This document shows positions 17,862-28,240 of a stretch of 64,000 nucleotides of DNA, piece by piece. This stretch comes from Bacteroidaceae bacterium (GTDB lineage Bacteria > Bacteroidota > Bacteroidia > Bacteroidales > Bacteroidaceae). The notes below the pieces were generated by a model, which saw nothing but the letters and a program-made list of their open reading frames with translations, was not told the DNA's origin and did not search any database. Numbering within the stretch: the stretch's first letter is position 1; every line of letters begins with the position of its first letter. Location: NCBI GenBank assembly GCA_024684455.1, contig JAIKWU010000076.1:89645-153644 (forward strand), written 5' to 3'. The position numbers and the translations under genes are program-made.

Positions 17862-18833
17862 TCAGAAGGAAATAGCAGGATTCGCCACGATGTCGTCCAT
17901 CCTTTGCAGTTCGTCGGACGAGAATGTCAAGTGGTTCAACGTATGGAGGTTATCGTCGAGTTGGGCGACGCTGCTTGTGCCGATGATGACCGATGTGACG
18001 CGGGGGTCGGAGAGTACCCATGCCAATGCCATTTGGGCGAGCGTCTGTCCGCGTTCTTCGGCTATCTTCTGCAGGCTGCGGGCCGCTGCAACACGTTCGG
18101 CAGTGACCTGCGACGTCTGCAGGAAACCGCTCTGCTTGGCGGCGCGGCTGTCGGCGGGGATGCCGTTGTTGTACTTGCCCGTGAGCAATCCCTGTGCGAG
18201 GGGGGAGAAGCAGATGATGCCGCTGCCAGCGTCGGCAGCGAGTTGGAAGTTCGCCTTCTGTGCCTTGCGGTCAAAGAGCGAGCAGCGGTACTGACTGAGC
18301 AGGCAGGGTACGTGAGCCTCCTGCAGAATCTTGTAGGCGAGTGCCTGCTGTTCGGGCGGATATTTCGAAATGCCGACGTAGAGCGCCTTGCCTTGACGGA
18401 CGAGTTGGATGAGGGCCTCCATGGTCTCCTCGACAGGTGTCACGCCGTCGTAGCGGTGGGAGTAGAAGATGTCGAAGTAGTCGAGTCCCGTGCGTCGCAG
18501 ACTTTGGTCGCACGAGGCGATGAGGTTCTTACGCGACGACCCTGTGCCATAGACACCTGCCCACATGTCGTGGCCAGCCTTCGACGACACGAACATCTCG
18601 TCGCGGTGACCCTGTAACTCCGTGCGCAGGATGCGTCCGAAGTTCTCTTCGGCACTGCCAGGCTCAGGTCCGTAGTTGTTGGCAAGGTCGAAATGGACGA
18701 TGCCCGCATCGAAGGCACGCACCAGCATCTGGGTCGCTGTGCCGAAGTCATCGACGCTCCCGAAGTTGTGCCAAAGTCCGAGCGAGAGTTTCGGCAGTTG
18801 AACGCCGCTTCGTCCGCAATAGTTGTATTGCAT
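17862..18833 (-). CDS. Aldo/keto reductase (YghZ-like)
   Basis: MQYNYCGRSGVQLPKLSLGLWHNFG...HFDLANNYGP...SKAGHDMW are AKR signatures. Confidence 0.85.
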   Translation of the reverse strand: MQYNYCGRSGVQLPKLSLGLWHNFGSVDDFGTATQMLVRAFDAGIVHFDLANNYGPEPGSAEENFGRILRTELQGHRDEMFVSSKAGHDMWAGVYGTGSSRKNLIASCDQSLRRTGLDYFDIFYSHRYDGVTPVEETMEALIQLVRQGKALYVGISKYPPEQQALAYKILQEAHVPCLLSQYRCSLFDRKAQKANFQLAADAGSGIICFSPLAQGLLTGKYNNGIPADSRAAKQSGFLQTSQVTAERVAAARSLQKIAEERGQTLAQMALAWVLSDPRVTSVIIGTSSVAQLDDNLHTLNHLTFSSDELQRMDDIVANPAISF

Positions 18834-18835
18834 GA

Positions 18836-20182
18836 TCAGGAATTGAGTAGGGTTTCGATCGAGCGGTCCACCTGTGCGAAGTCAAACTCGTTGCACACAT
18901 CGTCCATGAGGGCGGTGATGTGGTCGTTGCAGAGGTTGCCGATGGAGCCGGCATGGGTGTGGTGAAGGTTCTTCTCGGGTGCGAAGCGTCCCGCCTCGAT
19001 GTCGAGTCCGACCTGACGGTAGGCATCGCGGAAAGGAACGCCCGACGCAGCGAGGCGGTTCACGGTCTCGACCGAGAAAATGGGGTCGTACATGGGATTG
19101 TCGAGAATGTGCTCGTTGACCTCGATGCGCTCGATGATGTACGTCGCCATGCGCAGGCAGTCCTTCATCTCGTCGAAGGCAGGCAGGAACGATTCCTTGA
19201 TAATCTGCAGGTCGCGGAAGTATCCGCTGGGCAGATTGTTCATGATGAGCGTGATGGTCTGTGGAAGCGCCTGCAGTTTGTTGCACTTTGCACGGGTGAG
19301 TTCGAAGACGTCGGGGTTCTTCTTGTGGGGCATGATGCTGGAGCCCGTGGTGCAGTCGTCGGGCAGATGGACAAAGCCGAAGTTCTGGTTGGAGAACAGG
19401 CAGGCGTCGTAGGCCAACTTAGCCACTGTGCCTGCAATCGAGGCGAGGGAGAAGGCGACGTTGCGCTCGGTCTTGCCGCGTCCCATCTGGGCATACACCA
19501 CGTTGTAGTCCATGGAGGAGAAGCCAAGCAGGTCGGTCGTCATCTGGCGGTCGAGCGGAAAACTGCTGCCGTAGCCGGCGGCACTGCCCAGTGGATTGCG
19601 GTTCACCACACGCCACGCTGCCAGCAGGTACTGCATGTCATCGACCAGACTCTCGGCATAGGCACCAAACCACAGGCCGAAACTCGACGGCATGGCGATT
19701 TGCAGGTGGGTGTAGCCTGGCATGAGCACGTCCTTGTAGCGTTCGCTCTGGCGGATGAGTGCGTCGAACAGGCTGCGTGTTAGCAGAAAGACTTCTTTCA
19801 GTTCGGCGCGGATGAACAGGCGGAGGTCCACCAGCACTTGGTCGTTGCGGCTGCGTCCCGAGTGTATCTTCTTGCCGACGTCGCCGAGGCGGCGCGTCAG
19901 GATGAGTTCGACTTGGCTGTGTACGTCTTCCACGCCTTCCTCAATTACGAACTCGCCGCGCAGACACTGACAGTAGATGTCGCGCAGTTCGGTCAGCAGC
20001 AGTGCCAGTTCGTCCTTCGTGAGCAGGCCTATGCTGCAGAGCATGGTGATGTGTGCCATCGAACCCAGCACATCGTAGGGCGCGAGGTAGAGGTCCATCT
20101 CGCGGTCGCGACCGATGGTGAACTGCTCGATTTCCTGCGTCATGTGGACGTTTTTGGTCCAGATGTTGTCGGCTTTCTTCAT
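18836..20182 (-). CDS. argH: Argininosuccinate lyase
   Basis: 448 aa. Fumarate-lyase signature GSSIMPHKKNP, plus ...HSGRSRNDQV. Confidence 0.92.
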   Translation of the reverse strand: MKKADNIWTKNVHMTQEIEQFTIGRDREMDLYLAPYDVLGSMAHITMLCSIGLLTKDELALLLTELRDIYCQCLRGEFVIEEGVEDVHSQVELILTRRLGDVGKKIHSGRSRNDQVLVDLRLFIRAELKEVFLLTRSLFDALIRQSERYKDVLMPGYTHLQIAMPSSFGLWFGAYAESLVDDMQYLLAAWRVVNRNPLGSAAGYGSSFPLDRQMTTDLLGFSSMDYNVVYAQMGRGKTERNVAFSLASIAGTVAKLAYDACLFSNQNFGFVHLPDDCTTGSSIMPHKKNPDVFELTRAKCNKLQALPQTITLIMNNLPSGYFRDLQIIKESFLPAFDEMKDCLRMATYIIERIEVNEHILDNPMYDPIFSVETVNRLAASGVPFRDAYRQVGLDIEAGRFAPEKNLHHTHAGSIGNLCNDHITALMDDVCNEFDFAQVDRSIETLLNS

Positions 20183-20185
20183 ACT

Positions 20186-20677
20186 TTACGATTCATAGGG
20201 GATCATGCTGAGCGCGTCGGCGACACGTTCGATGCCTTCCTGCAGCGGCTTGTCAACCATCATCTTGATGAAGGGGTTGAGCGAGGCGTCAAGGGTAAGG
20301 CGGAGTTTGCTGCTCGTTTCGTCGATGGGCAGTACCTGAATCCAGAACTTGATGGGTATGGGTGACTTTTCGCTCTCGAACTTCACGCATTTCTCGGGAG
20401 TGCGTTCCGTGATGCGGATGGCTATCTTGCCGATGGGAGAAATGTCGGCCGAGAGGGTGTCGGCGGTGAACTCCAACGACTTGAGTTGCTCGCGTGCTTT
20501 CTGGAGTTGGTCGTCTGTAACTTTGCCCGACGCCTTGATGCGATCGAGGGCTTCAGGGTCGTTGAGTTTCTCCTTCAGTACGGCGAGGTTGCTGAGGTCG
20601 GAGAGTTTGGCATAGACGGCTGCCTGCGGGGCAGGGATGGTCTTGACTTTGCTTTCGTATCGGGTCATAATTCTCAA
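20186..20677 (-). CDS. SRPBCC-superfamily (CoxG/polyketide-cyclase-like) protein
   Basis: About 160 aa. The pattern ...YESKVKTIPAPQAAVYAKLSDLSNL... gives only weak family-level recognition. Confidence 0.5.
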   Translation of the reverse strand: MRIMTRYESKVKTIPAPQAAVYAKLSDLSNLAVLKEKLNDPEALDRIKASGKVTDDQLQKAREQLKSLEFTADTLSADISPIGKIAIRITERTPEKCVKFESEKSPIPIKFWIQVLPIDETSSKLRLTLDASLNPFIKMMVDKPLQEGIERVADALSMIPYES

Positions 20678-20687
20678 TTATCAATTA

Positions 20688-21326
20688 TCAATGTTCAATG
20701 TCCCAGTGGACTGGATTTTTGCGCCAGGCATCGAGCAGGGGCACCTGGGCCTCGGTGATGTAGCCGGTGCGGAGTGCCACGTCGAGCACGGCTTCGTAGT
20801 TGGTGAGGGTGATGAGTTTGACACCAGCCTTCTTGAAAGCCTCCGTCGCCACGTCGAAGCCGTAGGTGTAGGATGCCACCATGCCGACGACGTCGCAGCC
20901 GTTCTGGCGGATGGCCTCGACGGCTTTCAGGCTGCTGCCGCCTGTCGAGACAAGGTCTTCGACGACGACGACCTTCATTCCTGGCTTCAGTTCACCCTCG
21001 ATAAGGTTTTCGAGCCCGTGGTCTTTGGGTTTCGAACGTACATAGACGAAGGGCAGGCCGAGCGTATCGGCCACGAGTGCACCCTGTGCGATGGCACCCG
21101 TTGCCACACCTGCCACGGCGTCGGCCTCAGCAAAGTGTTCGAGGATGAGGCGCGATAGTTCGATTTTGACAAAAGTGCGCAGGTCGGGATAGGACAGCGT
21201 CTTGCGGTTGTCGCAGTAGAAAGGCGACTTCCAGCCGCTGGCCCAAGTAAAGGGGTTCTCCGGCTGCAGTTTGATGGCTTTGACTTTCAGGAGTCTCTCA
21301 GCAAAAATCTTTTCAAGCGTCTTCAT
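20688..21326 (-). CDS. pyrE: Orotate phosphoribosyltransferase
   Basis: PRPP-binding motif KVVVVEDLVSTGGSS. 212 aa. Confidence 0.9.
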   Translation of the reverse strand: MKTLEKIFAERLLKVKAIKLQPENPFTWASGWKSPFYCDNRKTLSYPDLRTFVKIELSRLILEHFAEADAVAGVATGAIAQGALVADTLGLPFVYVRSKPKDHGLENLIEGELKPGMKVVVVEDLVSTGGSSLKAVEAIRQNGCDVVGMVASYTYGFDVATEAFKKAGVKLITLTNYEAVLDVALRTGYITEAQVPLLDAWRKNPVHWDIEH

Positions 21327-21353
21327 ATTCTATGGTGAAATAAGTTCAAAGTG

Positions 21354-21361
21354 CAAAGTTA
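21354..21361 (-). promoter_or_regulatory. -7 box TAACTTTG for pyrE
   Basis: The reverse complement of caaagtta, about 28 bp upstream of the ATG at 21326. Confidence 0.55.
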
Positions 21362-21372
21362 CGCAAAACTTT

Positions 21373-22068
21373 TCATTTAAGCAACTCGCACAGTTCTTTC
21401 ATGCCTTCCGAGGCTCCTTTTGCGATGATGTGTACACCGAGCGACTCGGCCACGTTGGCTGGTTTGGGGTCGATGAGGAAGATGCGGCAACCAGGACGTG
21501 CATAGTGAATAAGTCCAGCGGCAGGATAGACATTGAGCGACGTGCCTATGATGACGAGAATATCGGCCTGTTGCACTGCATCGGCGGCAGGCTCAATCAT
21601 GGGAACGGCCTCGCCGAACCATACGATGAAGGGCCGCAGTTGCGAGCCGTCTCTGGCACGGTCGCCCATCTTGATGTCTGCATCGTGCGACGGCAGCGTG
21701 ACTACCTGTTCGGGGTCGTTGGGGCGATAAGTCGAAGTCGCCTTCATCAGTTCGCCGTGCAGGTGGATAATGTGCGACGAACCAGTCCGTTCGTGCAGGT
21801 CATCGACGTTCTGTGTGACGACAGTAACCTCGTAGCGGTCCTCAAGCGCAGCCACCAGATGGTGGGCGTCGTTGGGCTGAACGCCGGCCAGTTGGCGTCG
21901 GCGTTCGTTGTAGAACTGGATGACGAGCGAGGGGTCGGCCTCGTAGCCTTCGATGGATGCTACTTTCATGACGGGATACTTTTCCCAGAGCCCTCCGCTG
22001 TCGCGGAAGGTAGTGATGCCGCTCTCGGCCGATATGCCGGCTCCAGTCAGGAAAACAAGTTTCTGCAT
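21373..22068 (-). CDS. cobB: NAD-dependent protein deacylase (Sir2 family)
   Basis: FLTGAGISAESGITTFRD, TQNVDDLHERTG and HLHGEL motifs. Confidence 0.9.
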   Translation of the reverse strand: MQKLVFLTGAGISAESGITTFRDSGGLWEKYPVMKVASIEGYEADPSLVIQFYNERRRQLAGVQPNDAHHLVAALEDRYEVTVVTQNVDDLHERTGSSHIIHLHGELMKATSTYRPNDPEQVVTLPSHDADIKMGDRARDGSQLRPFIVWFGEAVPMIEPAADAVQQADILVIIGTSLNVYPAAGLIHYARPGCRIFLIDPKPANVAESLGVHIIAKGASEGMKELCELLK

Positions 22069-22114
22069 ACGCTATTTATATAGATAGAGTGAGACAATGT
22101 GCAGGTCTGTGCTG

Positions 22115-22122
22115 CAAAGTTA
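22115..22122 (-). promoter_or_regulatory. -7 box TAACTTTG for cobB
   Basis: The reverse complement of caaagtta, about 47 bp upstream of the ATG at 22068. Confidence 0.5.
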
Positions 22123-22411
22123 GCAAAACTCACTGACATACGGAAAACTTTTGCCCTATTCTTTACTGTGCTCGAAAAGCCCGTGAACTTCAGTCCAAAA
22201 TCAGTTGTTGTCCAGACCTTACTTTTCAACGACGGTGTCACTGACTATCCACTGCCATGCACATGAATATCGGCTGTGGAGCAGTGGATTTTGTAACGCC
22301 GACGTTGCAAGTAGGCGGCGAAATGTGCGCGAAAACAGAGCGGAATGATAAAATAAGTGAAAAAAGCCAAAAAACATTCGTAACCCTATTGTAAATGTTA
22401 AAAAACTTCGT

Positions 22412-22419
22412 TACCTTTG
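22412..22419 (+). promoter_or_regulatory. -7 box TACCTTTG for pckA (implies a ~105-nt leader)
   Basis: TAnnTTTG match in the AT-rich divergent intergenic region. Confidence 0.5.
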
Positions 22420-22437
22420 TAACGATTTTGAAGGTAA

Positions 22438-22472
22438 AAGGATTTTTATCAGGAGATAGAAGGATTTTTATC
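22438..22472 (+). repeat. Two copies of aaggatttttatc spaced 22 bp in the pckA leader
   Basis: Copies at 22438-22450 and 22460-22472 are identical 13-mers. Confidence 0.8.
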
Positions 22473-22530
22473 CGAAAGCACGAAAGAGAATCGAGACAGT
22501 TCATTTTCATTTATCATAAACATCAATACA

Positions 22531-24144
22531 ATGGCAAATTTAGATTTGACTAAGTATGGCATCACCGGTTCGACCGTGATTGCCCACAATCCTTCCTATG
22601 AAGAACTTTTCAAGGAGGAAACAAAGGCCGGTCTCGAAGGTTTCGAGGTAGGTCAGGTAACGGAACTCGGTGCCGTGAATGTGATGACCGGCATCTTCAC
22701 AGGCCGTTCGCCCAAGGACAAGTATATCGTCGATAACGATGAGAGCCACAACAACGTGTGGTGGACTACCGAAGAGTACAAGAACGACAACCACCCCATG
22801 TCGGAAGCCGTCTGGGCAAAGGTAAAGGACATTGCCGTCAAAGAACTCTGCAACAAGCAACTCTACGTCGTTGACGCCTTCTGCGGTGCCAACGAGGCTA
22901 CACGTCTGGCCGTCCGCTTCATCGTCGAGGTAGCATGGCAGGCCCACTTCATCAAGAACATGTTCATCCAGCCGACCGAAGCCGAACTGAAGACGTTTGA
23001 GCCGAACTTCGTCATCTACAACGCTTCGAAGGCAAAAGTGGAAAACTACAAGGAACTCGGCCTCAACTCTGAAACCTGTGTAGCCTTCAACACGAAGAGC
23101 CGCGAACAGGTCATCATCAACACATGGTACGGCGGCGAGATGAAGAAGGGTATGTTCTCGATGCAGAACTACTATCTGCCTCTCAAGGGCATCGCTTCGA
23201 TGCACTGCTCTGCCAACACCGACATGGAAGGCAAGAACACCGCCATCTTCTTCGGTCTCTCCGGCACAGGAAAGACCACGCTGTCAACCGACCCGAAGCG
23301 TCTGCTCATCGGCGACGACGAACACGGCTGGGACGACGAAGGTGTCTTCAACCTCGAAGGCGGCTGCTATGCCAAAGTTATCAACCTTGACAAGGAAAGC
23401 GAGCCCGACATCTACAACGCCATCCGCCGCGATGCACTGCTTGAGAACGTGACCGTTGATAAGGACGGCAAGATCGACTTCGCCGACAAGAGCGTCACCG
23501 AGAACACCCGTGTCTCGTACCCCATCAACCACATCGAGAAAATCGCTCAGAAAGTCAATGGCAAGAGCGCAGGTCCAGACGCCAAGAACGTCATCTTCCT
23601 CAGCGCCGACGCATTTGGCGTGCTGCCTCCTGTGTCGATTCTCACTCCCGAGCAGACGAAATACTACTTCCTCAGCGGCTTCACCGCAAAACTTGCTGGT
23701 ACAGAGCGCGGCATTACCGAACCCACACCGACCTTCTCGGCTTGCTTCGGTCAGGCATTCCTCGAACTGCATCCCACCAAGTATGCTGAAGAACTCGTGA
23801 AGAAAATGGAAAAGAGCGGTGCCAAGGCATATCTCGTCAACACGGGCTGGAACGGCACAGGCAAGCGTATCTCCATCAAGGACACACGCGGTATCATCGA
23901 TGCCATCCTGGGCGGTGCCATCCTCAATGCACCCACGAAGAAGATTCCTTACTTCAACTTTGAAGTTCCGACACAACTCGACGGCGTTGCATGGGGCATC
24001 CTCGATCCTCGCGACACCTACCAGAACCGTGCCGAGTGGGACGAAAAGGCTCGCGACCTCGCCGCACGCTTCATCAAGAACTTCAAGAAGTACGAAGGAA
24101 ATGAGGCTGGTAAGACACTCGTTGCTGCCGGTCCGCAACTCTGA
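22531..24144 (+). CDS. pckA: Phosphoenolpyruvate carboxykinase (ATP)
   Basis: 537 aa. Kinase-1a [13 protein letters not shown] and IGDDEHGW motifs. Confidence 0.95.
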   Translation: MANLDLTKYGITGSTVIAHNPSYEELFKEETKAGLEGFEVGQVTELGAVNVMTGIFTGRSPKDKYIVDNDESHNNVWWTTEEYKNDNHPMSEAVWAKVKDIAVKELCNKQLYVVDAFCGANEATRLAVRFIVEVAWQAHFIKNMFIQPTEAELKTFEPNFVIYNASKAKVENYKELGLNSETCVAFNTKSREQVIINTWYGGEMKKGMFSMQNYYLPLKGIASMHCSANTDMEGKNTAIFFGLSGTGKTTLSTDPKRLLIGDDEHGWDDEGVFNLEGGCYAKVINLDKESEPDIYNAIRRDALLENVTVDKDGKIDFADKSVTENTRVSYPINHIEKIAQKVNGKSAGPDAKNVIFLSADAFGVLPPVSILTPEQTKYYFLSGFTAKLAGTERGITEPTPTFSACFGQAFLELHPTKYAEELVKKMEKSGAKAYLVNTGWNGTGKRISIKDTRGIIDAILGGAILNAPTKKIPYFNFEVPTQLDGVAWGILDPRDTYQNRAEWDEKARDLAARFIKNFKKYEGNEAGKTLVAAGPQL

Positions 24145-24217
24145 ATAAGTAAGGGCGAGAGTTAACTCTTACCTAAAAGATACAATTTCTCCCCGATTCT
24201 CCATAGAATCATATTCG

Positions 24218-24250
24218 GACAAGCCCGTTGTGAAACGGGCTTGTCTTTTT
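24218..24250 (+). terminator. Rho-independent terminator of pckA
   Basis: gacaagcccgtt-gtga-aacgggcttgtc followed by ttttt. Confidence 0.85.
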
Positions 24251-24291
24251 ATGCGTAGTGGACATGGCACAGACAAAGTTACCCAGCCTCC

Positions 24292-24342
24292 TAAAAACAC
24301 ATCCACCGCAAGGCTATAGCCGTAGCCTTGCGGTGGATGTGT
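24292..24342 (-). terminator. Rho-independent terminator of the GH27 gene
   Basis: 19-bp stem acacatccaccgcaaggct / agccttgcggtggatgtgt with an 8-nt loop. The plus-strand A-run 24293-24297 is a T-run after the hairpin on the minus strand. Confidence 0.8.
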
Positions 24343-24373
24343 CGCGTCGTTGCAGTTGTGTAATTCTTCCGCC

Positions 24374-26920
24374 TTACTTCACCATCAGTTTGCTTCCACC
24401 AATCATGTAAATGCCTTTCGGCAGTTCGGCGATGCGGGTGCAATTACGCTTTAGGAGAGTACCATTGAGGGTATAGACATCGGCTGGCAGTACCGCGTCG
24501 GTAGCGATGCCGTCGATATTAGGCTGTGTGCCGTTTCGGTCGGTGCCTGCTTGTTCAATGCCTGTGACGACATTGTCACCCAGGCGGAACAGACGAGCGC
24601 CGTGGCTGGGCACCTTGGCCGACAGGATGCCGACAGCAGGTCCCAGATCTTCCTTCGCCCAGATATCATAGACGGGCACGCTTTCTTCCGATCCGTAGCC
24701 GAGCAGTGTGAGGTCCACGTCGAAACTCGGACTCTCCTTCGTAATATAGACGAGGAACTCCATCGTCGTGCCGCTGGACGACGTGTTGTCGGTGTCGCAC
24801 GACGAGTCGTAGCCGACGAGTCCGCGCAGCGTCGTGAAGGTGTGGCCTTCGGGCAGGTCGTAGATGAGGGTACACTTGGCATTCATGCCCAGTCCCTTCG
24901 CGTAGGAGCGGCCTTTGATGCGCAGTGTTCCGTTCTCCACATTCTTGTTGATGTGCAGGTTGCCCCAGTCGGAGGTGTACGAGGCAGCCGTCAGCGTGGT
25001 GAGCGATGTTTCGTTGCCCTCGGCATCGACGAGCACTGGGTTGACGAAGTCGGCACGGTCGTAGGCAAAGCCGTCGCCCCAGTCGCTGACGACAATCTTC
25101 AGTTGTTGGGCGCCTGTGATGTCACACTCCAGTTGTTTCGACTTTGTGCCTGTGCGGTTGATGAGCCCCGAGCGCCAGATAGCATCGTCCTGTTCGGCTG
25201 ACAGCGGGTTCTGGTCGAAGACATAGAATCGAATCGAGGTGGTCGAACCGTTCTGCCCGATGCCTGAGTCGTCGGCGGCAGCCATGGCTGTGAAGCGGAC
25301 AACGTCCATGTCTTCGGGAATTTGGAAGAAGATGGCGGCGTTGGCATCGGTCGAGAAACCTCGGTCGTAGGTCGTGCCCAGCACTTTCATCTTGCCGCCG
25401 TGATCGACGTTGCGGTTTTCATATACACGGTTGAAGTAGGAGTTCGTGAAGTCGCGCGTCTTGTACGTTCCCGTCAGAGGCACCTCGGTGCCGTCGCGCA
25501 GGATGAGCGTAGGATTGATCCAGTCGCCGTGGTCGTAGTTGAAGTTGTCACCGCCGTCGTCGACGACCAGCACCAGTGTCTTCTTGCCTTCGGGCCAGGG
25601 AATATCGACATTGACAGCGTGACCGTCTGTAGTGTATGCCACTGTCTCTGAACGATACAGTGCCTTGTTGCCCACAATCCAACTCGTATTGTCACGCTGG
25701 AAGAGGGCGAGATACTTGTTGCCTGTCGCAGGGTCGGTCGCAGTCCACACCAGATGTCCGAGGTCTTCTTCACGGTACAGTTCGCGGTTGTCCACCGAGT
25801 ATTTGTGCATCTGATGGTACTCGTCGTTGTTCATCAGCGAGAGCGTGAAGGCGTCGTTCTTGGTCATTTCGCCACCGAAGAAGAGCGGCGAGTGGCACAT
25901 GCCCCAGAGCGTCATCATCGTGTACTGCTCGTCATGCGTCAGATTGGTCCAATGACCAGCGTCGGCGTTGGTGTAGCCAGGGTCACCGATGGTAGCGGCA
26001 ATGTGTCCGAGCGGCAGCATGTCGCAGTCGGCCCAGTTGCCGGGACGTGACACTCCGGCCCAGAAGTTTGCCTCGTTGAATACTGCGTCGATGGCGCCCC
26101 AGTTGTCCCACAGGTCGTCCATCATACGCCACATGTTGGCATTGGCCAGACACTCGTCGGCATACTGGAACTGTGTCTTTCCTGGCGAAAGTGACAGTAC
26201 GATGGGACGTCCTGTTTGGTCGATGGCCTTGCGAATCATATGGATTTCGTCGGTGTAGAACGGACGCGACAGGTCGTCAATCTTCAGGAAATCGACGCCC
26301 CATTCTGCGTATAGGTCCATGATGCTGTTGTAATAGAGTTGGCCGTAAGTGTTGTTGCGCACGAGCAGATTGTCCTTCAGCCATCCGCAAGGTGAGGTGG
26401 TGCCGTTATAGACCTGCGACCAAGGTGTACTTTCGCTGCCTTTCAATTTGTACGAACTGCCTACGACATTTCTGGGCACGCCGCGCATGAGGTGGATGCC
26501 CAATTTCAGACCCATCGCGTGCAGACGGTCGGCGAGCGGCTTAAAGCCGACATTTACGCCATCGACCATGCAAGAGGGGAAACGCTTAGGTGAGGGCAGA
26601 TAGCGTCCGTACTCGTCAAGCACGTACTCCTGGTCGCCGCGGTCGTTGTACCAGCCTCCGCCGAGCGACGGATGGTTGCAGTACCAGCGGATGTCGATGA
26701 CGACATATTCCCAGCCGTGCTTCACCAAATCATTGTCAATGAGATACTGTGCATTTTGCATTACCTCCTTCTCTGTGACAGACGAGAAGTAGCAGTCCCA
26801 TGAGTTCCAACCCATCGGCGGAGTCATTGCCCATGTGCGGAACGTAGCGATGTCATCCTGTGCGAAGGCGTTGCCTATTGACAGGAGCATCATCATCAGT
26901 GCGAAAATGTTTTTCTTCAT
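24374..26920 (-). CDS. GH27-like alpha-galactosidase family glycosidase with two NPCBM-like domains and a T9SS C-terminal domain
   Basis: Signal peptide. TPPMGWNSWDCYF is a GH27 N-terminal signature. Two ...GTTYDRGF.../...GRSYAKGLGM... NPCBM-like modules. CTD ...VYTLNGTLLK...GIYMIGGSKLMVK. Confidence 0.7.
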   Translation of the reverse strand: MKKNIFALMMMLLSIGNAFAQDDIATFRTWAMTPPMGWNSWDCYFSSVTEKEVMQNAQYLIDNDLVKHGWEYVVIDIRWYCNHPSLGGGWYNDRGDQEYVLDEYGRYLPSPKRFPSCMVDGVNVGFKPLADRLHAMGLKLGIHLMRGVPRNVVGSSYKLKGSESTPWSQVYNGTTSPCGWLKDNLLVRNNTYGQLYYNSIMDLYAEWGVDFLKIDDLSRPFYTDEIHMIRKAIDQTGRPIVLSLSPGKTQFQYADECLANANMWRMMDDLWDNWGAIDAVFNEANFWAGVSRPGNWADCDMLPLGHIAATIGDPGYTNADAGHWTNLTHDEQYTMMTLWGMCHSPLFFGGEMTKNDAFTLSLMNNDEYHQMHKYSVDNRELYREEDLGHLVWTATDPATGNKYLALFQRDNTSWIVGNKALYRSETVAYTTDGHAVNVDIPWPEGKKTLVLVVDDGGDNFNYDHGDWINPTLILRDGTEVPLTGTYKTRDFTNSYFNRVYENRNVDHGGKMKVLGTTYDRGFSTDANAAIFFQIPEDMDVVRFTAMAAADDSGIGQNGSTTSIRFYVFDQNPLSAEQDDAIWRSGLINRTGTKSKQLECDITGAQQLKIVVSDWGDGFAYDRADFVNPVLVDAEGNETSLTTLTAASYTSDWGNLHINKNVENGTLRIKGRSYAKGLGMNAKCTLIYDLPEGHTFTTLRGLVGYDSSCDTDNTSSSGTTMEFLVYITKESPSFDVDLTLLGYGSEESVPVYDIWAKEDLGPAVGILSAKVPSHGARLFRLGDNVVTGIEQAGTDRNGTQPNIDGIATDAVLPADVYTLNGTLLKRNCTRIAELPKGIYMIGGSKLMVK

Positions 26921-27001
26921 ATTATTATAGTATAGTTAATAATAATGGTGGAGTATAGGTGTATCGTACGATTCACTCTGTTTGGAGCCGATTTCGACGA
27001 T

Positions 27002-27009
27002 GCAAAGTT
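27002..27009 (-). promoter_or_regulatory. -7 box TAACTTTG for the GH27 gene
   Basis: The reverse complement of caaagtta, about 82 bp upstream of the ATG at 26920. Confidence 0.45.
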
Positions 27010-27080
27010 ACGAAAAACTTTATGGTTTTTTTTTATAAATTTCTCAAAAAATGGCAGTATTGTGTCAAAGAATGTGGGTA

Positions 27081-27656
27081 TCAATAGATGAGGAGTCCGG
27101 CAAGGCCGCACAGCAGAATCATCAGGATGGGGTGTACCTTATAGAGGCGTGTGCCGACGAAGGCGAAGCCGAAGATGAGAATGCTCACCGTGAAGGCGAA
27201 GGGGCTTTCGCTGGGCGAGGAGAAGTTGTCGGAAGTCATGAGCAGCAGACAGGCTGCGGCGATGAGACCAACAATGGCGGGACGCAAAGCGCTGAACACA
27301 TTGTTCACGGGCTTTGAGTCGTGATGCTTAATCAAGAAACGGCTGACCATCAGCATCAGCAAAAAGGGCAACCAGATGACGCTCAGCGAGGCTAGCACCG
27401 CACCGATGACGCCTGCCCACTGTGGCATTCCGTTGTTGACGACGGCTGTGTAGCCCACGTAGGTTGCACAGTTGATGCCGATAGGACCAGGTGTTCCCTG
27501 CGAGATGGCGACGATGTCCGTAAACTCTGCGTTGGAGAGCCAATGATGCTTCTCCACCACTTCGTTCTGAATCAGCGACAGCATCGCATAGCCGCCGCCG
27601 AAGTTGAAGATACCTATCTTCGAAAACGTGAGAAAGAGTTGGAGAAATATCATCAT
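27081..27656 (-). CDS. chrA: Chromate transporter family protein (half-size ChrA, second of a pair)
   Basis: FSKIGIFNFGGGYAMLSLIQNEVVEKHHWLS is a CHR family motif. ATGA overlap with the upstream partner. Confidence 0.85.
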   Translation of the reverse strand: MMIFLQLFLTFSKIGIFNFGGGYAMLSLIQNEVVEKHHWLSNAEFTDIVAISQGTPGPIGINCATYVGYTAVVNNGMPQWAGVIGAVLASLSVIWLPFLLMLMVSRFLIKHHDSKPVNNVFSALRPAIVGLIAAACLLLMTSDNFSSPSESPFAFTVSILIFGFAFVGTRLYKVHPILMILLCGLAGLLIY

Positions 27657-28240
27657 GATTTTGTTATTTTACCATATAGATAGCCGCCTACACCAGCCGC
27701 GAGAATAATCCAGATGGGGCTGATGCCCAGAGCCCAGATGAGCAGACAGGCCACAACGGGAATCCACACGTTGCGCAGGTTCAACTTGGCGGTCTTAGCC
27801 ATTCGGAACACAGGTGCGGCTATCAGAGCGACCACCGCAGGACGGATGCCACGGAAGGCTTTCTCTACGTAGATGTTATCCTTGAACTGTTGGAAGAAGA
27901 TGGCAATGAGCAGGATGGTTACGATACTGGGCAGTGCCACTCCCATCGTACCCACAATGCCACCCCACACACCAAACCGCTTGTGTCCGATGTGTGAAGC
28001 CATGTTCATGGCAAAGAGCCCTGGCATGGCCTGCGACACGGCGAGGATGTTCATAAAGTCCTCACGGCTCAGCCACCCGTGCTTGTCCACCACTTCACGC
28101 TCCATGATGGGCACCATCGCGTAGCCTCCACCGAGCGTGAAGGCACCGACCTTGAGGAAGGTGAGAAAGAGAGGACCCACCCCCTCCCCCTCCCTGTGAG
28201 GGAGGGGCGTGATTACTTTATCAATATCGTCCTGTATCAT
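27653..28240 (-). CDS. chrA: Chromate transporter family protein (half-size ChrA, first of a pair); N-terminus encoded by the family-1 repeat
   Basis: FLKVGAFTLGGGYAMVPIMEREVVDKHGWLS. The N-terminal MIQDDIDKVITPLPHREGEGVGP maps onto doublet D (spacer plus unit). Confidence 0.8.
   Translation of the reverse strand: MIQDDIDKVITPLPHREGEGVGPLFLTFLKVGAFTLGGGYAMVPIMEREVVDKHGWLSREDFMNILAVSQAMPGLFAMNMASHIGHKRFGVWGGIVGTMGVALPSIVTILLIAIFFQQFKDNIYVEKAFRGIRPAVVALIAAPVFRMAKTAKLNLRNVWIPVVACLLIWALGISPIWIILAAGVGGYLYGKITKS

Noticed and set aside
27081-28240. The two adjacent half-size chrA ORFs could be a frameshifted pseudogene.
   Set aside because: Each has its own complete CHR-domain motif (GGGYAM...). 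They are joined by an ATGA overlap. Paired short ChrA proteins are a known arrangement.
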